Below are positions 38,186 through 46,869 of a stretch of DNA of 64,000 nucleotides, one piece after another. The DNA lies in contig CAVPCR010000001.1 in NCBI GenBank assembly GCA_963702435.1, positions 1,184,001-1,248,000 on the forward strand. Direction: 5' to 3'. A program made the position numbers and the translations under genes. The number at the start of each line of letters is the position of its first letter. Within the stretch, counting starts at the first letter, position 1. The notes under the pieces are model-generated. The model did no database searches, was not told the DNA's origin, and saw nothing but the letters and a program-made list of their open reading frames with translations. This stretch comes from Candidatus Eiseniibacteriota bacterium. GTDB lineage: Bacteria > Eisenbacteria > RBG-16-71-46 > CAVPCR01.

Positions 38186-41100
38186 ATGCCGGCGTCCACC
38201 GCCGGGCCGAGATCGCGCCCGCGAAACGCTGCCGGGCGTACCCCTCGTCTGCGATCCCTGCTGCGGATCGCCGCGCTCACCGCCATGGCCATGGGCGCGC
38301 ACGCGAGCCTGGTGGGTGCCGCGGCGCTGACCGTCAACTCCACGACCGATGTGCTCGACGGAGATGTCACCTCGATCGCGGCACTCCTGGCCACGCCGGG
38401 GCCCGACGGTGTCATCTCTCTGCGCGAGGCCATCAGAGCATGCAACAACACGCCGAACGGGGGGACGCGGGACGAGATCCGCTTCAACATCGCCGGGCCG
38501 GGTCCGCACACGATCCAGCCCACCACCGCCCTGCCGGCCCTTTCCGACTCTGTTGGTGTCGACGGCACGACCGAGCCCGACTTCGCCGGGACGCCGGTAG
38601 TTCGCATCGACGGCTCATTGGCCGGCCCCAATGTCGACGGCCTGTCGCTCGCGAGCGGCAGCAGCGGCAGCATAGTGCGCGGGTTCATGATCACCCGGTT
38701 CTCGAGGGATGGGATTCTGGTCCAGTCGGGCGCGGCCAACATCACGATCGCGGGCAACTGGATCGGCACCGCCGGCACGGGCACGACCGGCACCGGCAAC
38801 TCCGACGACGGCATCGACCTGCGGGGCTCTGCTGCGCTGATCGGCGGAACGGTCCCCGGCGATCGCAACGTCGTCACGCAGAGCGGCGACGAGGGCATCG
38901 ACATCGTCGGCACGGGCGCCACCGGCCATGTCATCCGCGGAAACATCATCGGTCTCGATCCCGATGGCTCCACGGGCGGGGGCAACGCCGACGTCGGCAT
39001 CGCCATCATTTCGGGCACCGGCAACACGATCGGTGGGAGCACGGCGGCCGCGCGGAACGTGATATCGAGGAACACCGAGGGGATCGAGATCAACACCGCG
39101 AACAACGTCGTCCAGGGCAACTACATCGGTACGGATGCGACCGGAGCGCTGAACCAAGGGAACAGGTCGGACGACGGCATCGAGATCCAGGGCAGCGGGA
39201 CCGGCAACCGGGTGGGTGGAACCGGAGTCGGCGAGGGCAACCTGATCGCCTTCAACGCCCTGAACGGGGTCACGATAGTCGCCGGATCAGACAATGCTGT
39301 CCTGGCCAATTCGATCCACTCGAACGGGGACCTCGGCATCAACCTCGGCACGGCAGGCCCAGACCCCAACGACAGCGGCGATGCCGACTCCGGGCCGAAC
39401 GGCTTGCAGAATTACCCGGTGCTGACCAGCGCCACTTCGTCCGGCGGCAGCACGACGATCACCGGCACGTTCAACAGCAATGCCTCGACGAACTACCGCA
39501 TCGAGTTCTTCAGTAGCCCGGTGGGGGATGCCAGCGGCTACGGTGAAGGCCAGACGTATCTCGGCCTTGCGAACGTCACGAGCGATGGCAGCGGCAACGC
39601 GACGATCAATACCACATTGACCGGCGTGAGCGTGACCGCGGGGCATGTGGTGTCCGCGGCCGCGACCGTCGATCTTGGCGGCGGCAGCTACGGCAGCACG
39701 TCCGAGCTCGCCGCCAACGTGACCGCGACGGCGTCGACCGCGCTGTCGGGGACCGTGTTCGAGGATGCGAACTTCACAGGCACGGCCGCGGACTACGACG
39801 GCGGGGCCTCCGACCTCGGCCTGGCCAACGTCGACGTCGAGCTCTACAACGCCGGAACGAACGGCTACATCGCATCCGCCACCACCGCCGCGGGTGGCAC
39901 CTTCGTTTTCAATGGCGTCGCGGACGGCAGCTACAAGGTCCGGGCGCGATCGGCCACGATCGGCGATGCCAACACGCCGCCGAAGGGCGGATTGAACGCG
40001 GCCGTGCCGGCAACCTGGCCCTATCCGCTCGCCGAGATGACCTGGGGCAACGGCGCTGCGCGCTATGGTGGCCAGTCAGCCACGGTGGACGACGCGGCCA
40101 CCGGGGACAACGCCGGTCCCGGCGACACCTACGTCACGGTCGTGGTGAGCGGCGGGAGTGTCACCGGAGTCAACCTCGGGTTCACCTACAATCTGATCGT
40201 CAACGCCGCCGACGACTCGAACGCGGACAACGTGAGGAGCAGGCAAGGAAGCCTGCGGCAGTTTCTCAAGAACACGAACGCGATCGGCGCGGCGGGCGGG
40301 ACGACGGCGAACTCGAGCCAGTTCCGGATGCAGGTGGCGGCGAACCAGTCGAGCGGCGCCGACTCGTGGTGGAGGATCGCGCCCGCAATGGCGCTGCCGT
40401 CGATCGCCGACGGCGGTACAACGATCAACGGCACGACACAGACGACGAACGGCGGAGACTCGAACAGCCGCGGACCGGAGATCGAGCTCAACGGCGCCGG
40501 CACCGGCGCCGGCGCCAACGGCTTGCAGCTGTCGGCGAGCGGCGGCACGGTGCGCGGCCTGGTCATCAACGCCTTCTCGAGTAGCGGTATCCAGGTCAAC
40601 GGCGCGAACGCCCTGATCGCTGGAAACTGGCTCGGACTCGATGCCACGGGCGTGCTCGATCGCGGCAACGGGGTCGACGGTGTCACCATCAGCGCCAACA
40701 GTGCCACGATCGGCGGCGCAGCGGCGGTGGATCGGAACGTGATCTCCGGCAACGACGACGAGGGGATCGACGTCGACCCCGCCATCACCGGCGCGGTCGT
40801 CAAGGGCAACCGGATCGGCACGAACGCGACCGGCACGGCCGCGGTGGGCAACGGCGGCGGGGGCTCTTCGCAGGGCGGGATCCTGGCCGAAGGCACCGGC
40901 ACGCAGATCGGCGGCGCGCTCCCCAACGAAGGCAACCTGATCTCCGGCAATCTCAACGACGGAATCTATCTCACCGGCACGACCAATGTGATCGAGGGCA
41001 ACAGGATCGGAACCGACGCCGGTGGCACGCTGGCGGTGGCGAACAGCGGGCCCGGTATCGTGATCGTCGGGACCTTCGGCGGAACCGGCAACCGCATCGG

Positions 41101-42019
41101 CGGCGGCGCAGCGGGCCAGGGCAACACGATCGCCTTCAACATGGGTGACGGCATCCGGCCCGCCGCGGGCAGCGGGACCGGGAACGCGATCAGCGGGAAC
41201 TCGACCTTCTCGAACTCCGGTCTCGGCATCGATCTGAACGACGATGGCGTGACCGCGAACGACGGCGCGAAGACGGCGGGAGAGCCGAACTTGCTCATGG
41301 ACTTTCCGGTGTTCACATCCGCGGAGCTGGCGGCGGGCTCGCTGACCGTGGCCGGCTACGTGGGGAGCGCACCAGGGCAGGCGACGTTCGCCAACGCACG
41401 GGTGGAAGTGTTCCAGGCGGACGGCGACGCGAGCGGCTACGGCGAAGGGCGGAGTTACCTGGGGTTCCTCACCGCGGATGCCGGCGGGAACTTCGGCGGC
41501 TCGCTCGCGGCGCCCGGCCTGGTCGCCGGCAACACGATCACCGGAACGGCGACCGACGGGAGCAACAACACCTCGGAGTTCGGATCCCAGCGGGCCGTGG
41601 GCACGCTGGCGATCGTCAAGCGGGCGTTCCGGCTCGACGGCACCCCGATCCCGACCGGCACGGTGGTGCCGACCGCGGTGCCCTTCAGGTTCCTCCTCTA
41701 CATCAGCAACCCAGGTCCGGCGGTGGCGGACGTGAGTCTCAAAGACGTGCTCGACCCGGCCTTCGCCTACGTCCCCGGCTCGATCCGCTATGCCGGCACG
41801 GCGCCGGCCTGTGCGCTCCCGACCTGCACGCCGGCGGAGGAAGGCGCGGTCTTCGCCGCAGCGAACAGCGGGACCGTGGGCACGGACGCGCCGGATGGGG
41901 ACGTCGTGAGCGTCGCCGGGGCCACGATCGACGCCGGCGACGGGGACGCGGCCAACCTGCGGCTCGACGTCCCGGCCGGCAGGGTGTGGGCGATGGTCTT
42001 CACCTTCCGCGCACGCTGA
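38186..42019 (+). CDS. Large secreted adhesin: two CSLREA-like/beta-helix modules, an SdrD-B-like domain and a C-terminal incomplete DUF11-like domain (start uncertain)
   Basis: Signal-like LLRIAALTAMAMGAHA; LTVNSTTD...ISLREAI and LIVNAADD...GSLRQF; many GNxIG repeats; duplicated GIxL...NxPV..SA...GYGEG; C-terminal LAIVKRAF...KDVLDPAFAYVPGSI...GRVWAMVFTFRAR. Confidence 0.82.
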   Translation: MPASTAGPRSRPRNAAGRTPRLRSLLRIAALTAMAMGAHASLVGAAALTVNSTTDVLDGDVTSIAALLATPGPDGVISLREAIRACNNTPNGGTRDEIRFNIAGPGPHTIQPTTALPALSDSVGVDGTTEPDFAGTPVVRIDGSLAGPNVDGLSLASGSSGSIVRGFMITRFSRDGILVQSGAANITIAGNWIGTAGTGTTGTGNSDDGIDLRGSAALIGGTVPGDRNVVTQSGDEGIDIVGTGATGHVIRGNIIGLDPDGSTGGGNADVGIAIISGTGNTIGGSTAAARNVISRNTEGIEINTANNVVQGNYIGTDATGALNQGNRSDDGIEIQGSGTGNRVGGTGVGEGNLIAFNALNGVTIVAGSDNAVLANSIHSNGDLGINLGTAGPDPNDSGDADSGPNGLQNYPVLTSATSSGGSTTITGTFNSNASTNYRIEFFSSPVGDASGYGEGQTYLGLANVTSDGSGNATINTTLTGVSVTAGHVVSAAATVDLGGGSYGSTSELAANVTATASTALSGTVFEDANFTGTAADYDGGASDLGLANVDVELYNAGTNGYIASATTAAGGTFVFNGVADGSYKVRARSATIGDANTPPKGGLNAAVPATWPYPLAEMTWGNGAARYGGQSATVDDAATGDNAGPGDTYVTVVVSGGSVTGVNLGFTYNLIVNAADDSNADNVRSRQGSLRQFLKNTNAIGAAGGTTANSSQFRMQVAANQSSGADSWWRIAPAMALPSIADGGTTINGTTQTTNGGDSNSRGPEIELNGAGTGAGANGLQLSASGGTVRGLVINAFSSSGIQVNGANALIAGNWLGLDATGVLDRGNGVDGVTISANSATIGGAAAVDRNVISGNDDEGIDVDPAITGAVVKGNRIGTNATGTAAVGNGGGGSSQGGILAEGTGTQIGGALPNEGNLISGNLNDGIYLTGTTNVIEGNRIGTDAGGTLAVANSGPGIVIVGTFGGTGNRIGGGAAGQGNTIAFNMGDGIRPAAGSGTGNAISGNSTFSNSGLGIDLNDDGVTANDGAKTAGEPNLLMDFPVFTSAELAAGSLTVAGYVGSAPGQATFANARVEVFQADGDASGYGEGRSYLGFLTADAGGNFGGSLAAPGLVAGNTITGTATDGSNNTSEFGSQRAVGTLAIVKRAFRLDGTPIPTGTVVPTAVPFRFLLYISNPGPAVADVSLKDVLDPAFAYVPGSIRYAGTAPACALPTCTPAEEGAVFAAANSGTVGTDAPDGDVVSVAGATIDAGDGDAANLRLDVPAGRVWAMVFTFRAR

Positions 42020-42103
42020 CCGGCAAGAGCTCGCGCTCCTCGACCTGGGCTCCGCGGGAAGGCCGGAGACGAACCGGCACGAGGAAGGCCGGCCGGCCGT
42101 GGC

Positions 42104-43087
42104 CTAACCAGAGACCCGGTTGCGCCCGCCGCGCTTCGCTTCGTACAGCCCGCGGTCGGCGCGCTCGATCAGGTCATTGGCGCACGCTCCATCTTCCGGG
42201 TAGGCCGACAGGCCGAAGCTCATCGTGAGCGCAACATCCGCGCCGTCCACCACTTCGGAAACCGGGGTCTCCGCAATCGCTTCTCGCACGCGCTCGGCGA
42301 ACACGCGGGCACCGCGGCGGTCGGTCTCCGGGAGGAGGAAAACGAACTCCTCTCCCCCGTAGCGCGCGAGCACCATTTCCTCCCGGGCACCCGCGGCCAG
42401 GACCTGCGCGACCGTCTTCAAGACCGTGTCTCCCGCCAGGTGTCCGTGCGTATCGTTGAATCGCTTGAAGTGATCGATATCGGCCAGCACGAGCGAGAAG
42501 ACGTGCCGGTGCCGACTCGCTCGAGCCAGCTCGCGGGTGAGCGCTTCGCGGAAGAAGCGATGATTGTGCAGCCCGGTCAGTCCGTCCCGGTCGGCCATTT
42601 CCTTGAGGCTCCGGTTCAGCCGCTCCAGTTCCTGGGTGCGGACCTTGAGCGCCGCCAGCAGATACTCGTTCTCTTCGCTGAGCTGGATGTTCTGGATCGC
42701 CCGCTTGGTGACCGAGGAGAGGATGTCGAGATCGTCGAAGGGCTTGGTGAGGTAGTCGTACGCGCCGAGACGCAGCGCCGTCATGGCCGAGTCGAGCGAG
42801 GCGTTGCTCGTCATGATGACCACGTGCACGTCGGGGACCCGCCGTTTGAGCTCCTTGAGCAGATCGAGCCCGCTCAGGCCGCCCATGACGATGTCGGTGA
42901 TGACGAGGGGGTACGAATCGTGCTCGAAGGCCGCGAGCGCTTCCTCGCCGGAGGCCACCGTCGTCACGTCGTAACCGTCCTGACGCAGGACACGGCTGAT
43001 CACCGTGCGCAGCGTCGGCTCATCTTCGGCGACGAGGATGCGAACGGGTTCGCCGACGAGCAGTTCAGCGCTGGCGACATCCAACAA
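42104..43087 (-). CDS. REC-GGDEF response regulator diguanylate cyclase
   Basis: RBS GGAGGAGG then TTG. REC (LVAEDE, ITDIVM, YLTKPF); DGLTGLHN, DIDHFKRFNDTHGHLAGD, RYGGEEF. Confidence 0.95.
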   Translation of the reverse strand: MLDVASAELLVGEPVRILVAEDEPTLRTVISRVLRQDGYDVTTVASGEEALAAFEHDSYPLVITDIVMGGLSGLDLLKELKRRVPDVHVVIMTSNASLDSAMTALRLGAYDYLTKPFDDLDILSSVTKRAIQNIQLSEENEYLLAALKVRTQELERLNRSLKEMADRDGLTGLHNHRFFREALTRELARASRHRHVFSLVLADIDHFKRFNDTHGHLAGDTVLKTVAQVLAAGAREEMVLARYGGEEFVFLLPETDRRGARVFAERVREAIAETPVSEVVDGADVALTMSFGLSAYPEDGACANDLIERADRGLYEAKRGGRNRVSG

Positions 43088-43439
43088 GGGGTCCTCCTCC
43101 TCGAGTCCCGGACCCCATCGGCGGCTCGAGTGCCGTGATGGGGCCGCAACTATCGTCCCGTGTTATCGGCAACCCGGGGCCGCATTGCGAGTCCGTGCCG
43201 TCGGATCGTGTGGCGGAAACACGGCGCGCCGCCGCCGGCCGCCCGCGCCGCCGCCACGCCTCTGACTCAGACCGGGACACTCAGCATCCCTCCGGCCGAG
43301 TCGCGACATGGGCTCCGTCGCGACGACCGGGAAGCCGCCCACGATGGGATCGCCGACCCTAACTCTCCTCCTGCCCCGCGCCGAAAACCCGCTAGAGGAC
43401 CCGGGTTGCCATTGGCTCGCCAGCGCGCGGAGAACTTTC

Positions 43440-45572
43440 GTGGCTGCAGAACGAATCCTGATCGTCGATGACGAGGCGAGCATCAGGTATGTCCTGACCA
43501 CGCTCATTCGCGGCATGGGGCTCGAGCCGTGCGCTGCGGGCTCAGCCCCGGAGGCTCTGCCTCTCCTGGAGGGGCCCCCGTTCGCGGCCGCCCTGCTCGA
43601 CATCGTGCTGCCGGGAATGAACGGCCTCGAGCTCCTGGGGCGCTTGAAGCAGAAGTCCCCCGACACCGAAGTCCTGATCATGACGAGCCACGCCTCGGTG
43701 GAAACCGCCATCGAGGCGATCCGCAAGGGCGCCTACGACTACTTCCACAAGCCCTTCGAGCTCGACGACGTATCCGCCAAGGTGCAGCGGGCGATCGAGA
43801 AGCGCGAGCTCGTCCTCCGCAATCGCGAGCTCATGACCGAGCTCGAGGCCCACAACCGCGAGCTCAGGGCGGCGGTCCAGCGTCTGGCCTCCCTCAACGC
43901 CGCGGGCCAGGCCATGGGCGGGATTCACACGCTCAGCGGCCTCCTCGACCTGTTCCTCGAGCTGGTGGTGCGGGAGCTCGATGTCGAGCGCGCCTCCCTG
44001 ATGCTGGTCGACGACGCCGGTGAGTTGCGGATCGCGGCGGCGCGGGGGCTGCCGGCGGATGTGGCCAGAGACGTGCGCATGAAGATCGGGGAAGGCGTGG
44101 CCGGCAAGGTCGCGGCCAGCGGGCGCCCGCTCTTGGTCGACGACGCCGACAGCTATCCCGAACTGCCTTCCCACGTGAACCTCCCGGGCTCCTTCATGTC
44201 GGTGCCTGTTGAGCTGAGCGTACCGATCAAGGCCATGAACCGCGTGCTGGGCGTGATCAACGTCACCCAGCGCCGTTCCGGAACTGCGTTCGGACCGGAC
44301 GATGTCTCCTACCTCGCCGGTCTGGCCGGGCAGGCCGCTGTCGCCATCGATCGCGCCCGGCACCTCGAGCGGCTGCAGGACGCCGTCGAGAACCTCGCCA
44401 TCACGCAGCAGCAGCTTCTGGTCACCACCCGCCTCAAGGCGCTGGGCGAGCTTGCGGCGGGCGTGGCCCACGACTTCAACAACACGCTGAGCGGCATCCT
44501 GGGCAGCAGCGAGCTGCTGCTGGCCGAGCTCGATCGGGGTCATCTGGATGAGCCCCGGTTGCAAGCGACGCTGCAGACGATCACTCAGCTCGCGCTGCAG
44601 GCGGCGGCCTGCGTGCGGCGCCTGCAGGACGCCGCCGGGGTCAGGCGAGACCGGCCCGAGGAGGAAGCCGATCTCAATCAGGCGGTGCGTCTCGCGCTGG
44701 ACCTCACCCAACCGAAGTGGCAGGTCGAGAGCGAGCTCATGGGGCGGCCGGTGCGCGTCGCGCTCGATCTCGGCGAGATCCCGGTGGTCAGAGGCGACCC
44801 GCAGGAGATCGCGCAGGCAATCAGCAATCTCGTCTTCAACGCCGTCGAGGCCATGCCCAATGGAGGCCACATCAACCTGCGCACATCGGTGGTGGAGAAC
44901 ACCGTCCAGCTCGAGGTGGCAGACGATGGCGCCGGCATGAGCCCGGAGGTGTGCGGGCGGATCTTCGACCCCTTCTTCACGACCAAGAACACCGGGCATG
45001 GACTGGGTCTGAGCGTGGTGCAGGGCATCATCAAGCGGATGGGGGGCTCGATCGCGGTCAGGAGTACAGAAGGGGCGGGCACGACCTTCACGGTGACGAT
45101 GCCGGTCGCCGAGCGGCGACCGGAAGCAACCCCCGCGCAGGAGCCGCCTCTCGCACCCTCGGCCGCGGCGCGCCTGCTCGTGATCGATGACGACCCGGTG
45201 AACCTGGAGGTCTGCGCTGAAGTCCTCAAGCAGGGTGGGCACGAGGTGGTGATGGCGCCGAGCGGCGAGGAAGGACTGGCGCAGTTCCAGGCGGGGCGGA
45301 TCGACCTCGTCATCACCGACCTCTGCATGCCCGGGCTCTCGGGCTGGCAGGTGGTGCGTGAGATCAAGAAGCAGGATGCCACGGTGCCCGTGATCGTCTT
45401 GAGCGGCTGGGGAGTTCAGCTCGATGAATCGTCGCTGCGCGAAGCGGGGGTCGACCTGGCTTTGACCAAGCCGGTGCCCTTGCGCGTGTTGCTGCGCTCG
45501 GTCAACTCGGTACTCGCCGCCCGACGCACGGGCGACACTGGTTCAGAACTCGATGCGACTGGAACGGATTGA
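43440..45572 (+). CDS. Hybrid histidine kinase REC-GAF-HisKA-HATPase-REC
   Basis: ILIVDDE REC, GAF, AHDFNN H-box, NLVFNA, DDGAGM, PFFTTK..GHGLGL, C-terminal REC. Confidence 0.93.
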   Translation: MAAERILIVDDEASIRYVLTTLIRGMGLEPCAAGSAPEALPLLEGPPFAAALLDIVLPGMNGLELLGRLKQKSPDTEVLIMTSHASVETAIEAIRKGAYDYFHKPFELDDVSAKVQRAIEKRELVLRNRELMTELEAHNRELRAAVQRLASLNAAGQAMGGIHTLSGLLDLFLELVVRELDVERASLMLVDDAGELRIAAARGLPADVARDVRMKIGEGVAGKVAASGRPLLVDDADSYPELPSHVNLPGSFMSVPVELSVPIKAMNRVLGVINVTQRRSGTAFGPDDVSYLAGLAGQAAVAIDRARHLERLQDAVENLAITQQQLLVTTRLKALGELAAGVAHDFNNTLSGILGSSELLLAELDRGHLDEPRLQATLQTITQLALQAAACVRRLQDAAGVRRDRPEEEADLNQAVRLALDLTQPKWQVESELMGRPVRVALDLGEIPVVRGDPQEIAQAISNLVFNAVEAMPNGGHINLRTSVVENTVQLEVADDGAGMSPEVCGRIFDPFFTTKNTGHGLGLSVVQGIIKRMGGSIAVRSTEGAGTTFTVTMPVAERRPEATPAQEPPLAPSAAARLLVIDDDPVNLEVCAEVLKQGGHEVVMAPSGEEGLAQFQAGRIDLVITDLCMPGLSGWQVVREIKKQDATVPVIVLSGWGVQLDESSLREAGVDLALTKPVPLRVLLRSVNSVLAARRTGDTGSELDATGTD

Positions 45573-45630
45573 CGGAGAAGAACAGGTGGTGCTCGCAGAC
45601 CACCAGGGCTCGACTCAGGAGGACGATGAG

Positions 45631-46206
45631 ATGACTATGCGGACTGGATTGGGAGCAGGCCGGATGCCCGCCGTCACGTTGGCCGCGTTCCTCGCCGTGG
45701 CGGCACTCGCCGGCGCGACGCGTGCGGCTGACAACACGGCCACCGGGAACATCGCCGGCGTGGCGGGCAGCCTGGGCAATTCCAATGTGTTCACGATCAA
45801 CTCGAGCGCGCTCGCACTCGCGAAGACCGCCTTTCTCACCAACGGCACGGCGCTCGCGAGCGGGACGACGCTGGCCAGGGGGACACTGGCCCGCTTCATG
45901 GTCTACGTCGACAACTCGACCGGGGCGGCAGCCGACTCGGTCAACGTCCAGGATGCGCTCGCCGCTGCATTCGCCTATCAGTCCGGGACGATCAAGGTCG
46001 ACAGCTCGCAGGCCACCGGCTCCACGACGGCTGCCATCTACGCCGCAGTCAACGCCACGACACCACTCAGCGATGCGGTGAGCGGCAGCGACGTGGCCGG
46101 CATCAACGGCAGCACGATCAGCGCCGGTGGCGCGGCGGGCAACGCCGTCGTGACGATCCCCGCCGGCCGCGTGTGGGCCATGCTGTTCACGGTCCGCGTT
46201 CAGTAG
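45631..46206 (+). CDS. Small secreted DUF11-like protein, candidate major fimbrial subunit
   Basis: RBS GGAGG, signal peptide ending ATRA. Mature ADNTATG...SNVFTIN, LALAKTAF, VQDAL..AFAYQSGTI, GRVWAMLFTVRVQ. Visibly homologous to the adhesin C-terminus. Confidence 0.8.
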   Translation: MTMRTGLGAGRMPAVTLAAFLAVAALAGATRAADNTATGNIAGVAGSLGNSNVFTINSSALALAKTAFLTNGTALASGTTLARGTLARFMVYVDNSTGAAADSVNVQDALAAAFAYQSGTIKVDSSQATGSTTAAIYAAVNATTPLSDAVSGSDVAGINGSTISAGGAAGNAVVTIPAGRVWAMLFTVRVQ

Positions 46207-46245
46207 CTCGGACAGACCAAAACGCAGGCAACAGGACCACCAACA

Positions 46246-46869
46246 GTGAGCGTGGAACGTAGGTGCCCGGCGGGGACGCGGGGCTTCTTCCTGGTCGGGC
46301 TCTTGCTCGCCGGGGCGCTGACCCTGGGCGCACCCGCCCGCGGCGCGACCAACGCCGTCCGCGGCGGCATCGGTGAGCTCGATAACGGCACCCTGGCCGG
46401 CGGCGACGGGACGGGCGGAGCCCAGTTCACCATCAACGTGGTGGATCGCGCGCTGGTCAAGGAGGCGCGGGATCTGGCCGGCCAGCTGCTGCCCGGCGGG
46501 GCCGGCGTGGCGGCGGGGCAGATCGTCTACTTCGTCCTCGTGGTCGACAACCCGACGGACGCGCCGGCCGAGGACATCCTCATCACCGACGCCCTCGACG
46601 AGACGAGCTTCACCTACCTCCCCGGCAGCCTCGAGTTCGCCGTCGTCCCCAGCGGCACCTCCGGCAACGCGCTGTGGAACGCCGCCTGGACCGGGCTCAC
46701 CGACGCGGTGGGCGCTCCCGACGACATGGCCTCCGCCGTCGACACCGGCGGCGGGACCGGCGCCGACCGCATTGCCGTCGGCGCCGTGGCGGGGCAGACG
46801 AACCTTCCGGCGCAGACGCCGGCGGGCTCCACGTACGCGGTGCGGTTCCGCGCGCGGGTGACGGGATGA
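46246..46869 (+). CDS. Small secreted DUF11-like protein, candidate minor/adaptor fimbrial subunit
   Basis: Signal peptide ending PARG. Mature ATNAVRG...AQFTIN, ALVKEAR, ITDALD..FTYLPGSL, YAVRFRARV. Confidence 0.78.
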   Translation: MSVERRCPAGTRGFFLVGLLLAGALTLGAPARGATNAVRGGIGELDNGTLAGGDGTGGAQFTINVVDRALVKEARDLAGQLLPGGAGVAAGQIVYFVLVVDNPTDAPAEDILITDALDETSFTYLPGSLEFAVVPSGTSGNALWNAAWTGLTDAVGAPDDMASAVDTGGGTGADRIAVGAVAGQTNLPAQTPAGSTYAVRFRARVTG

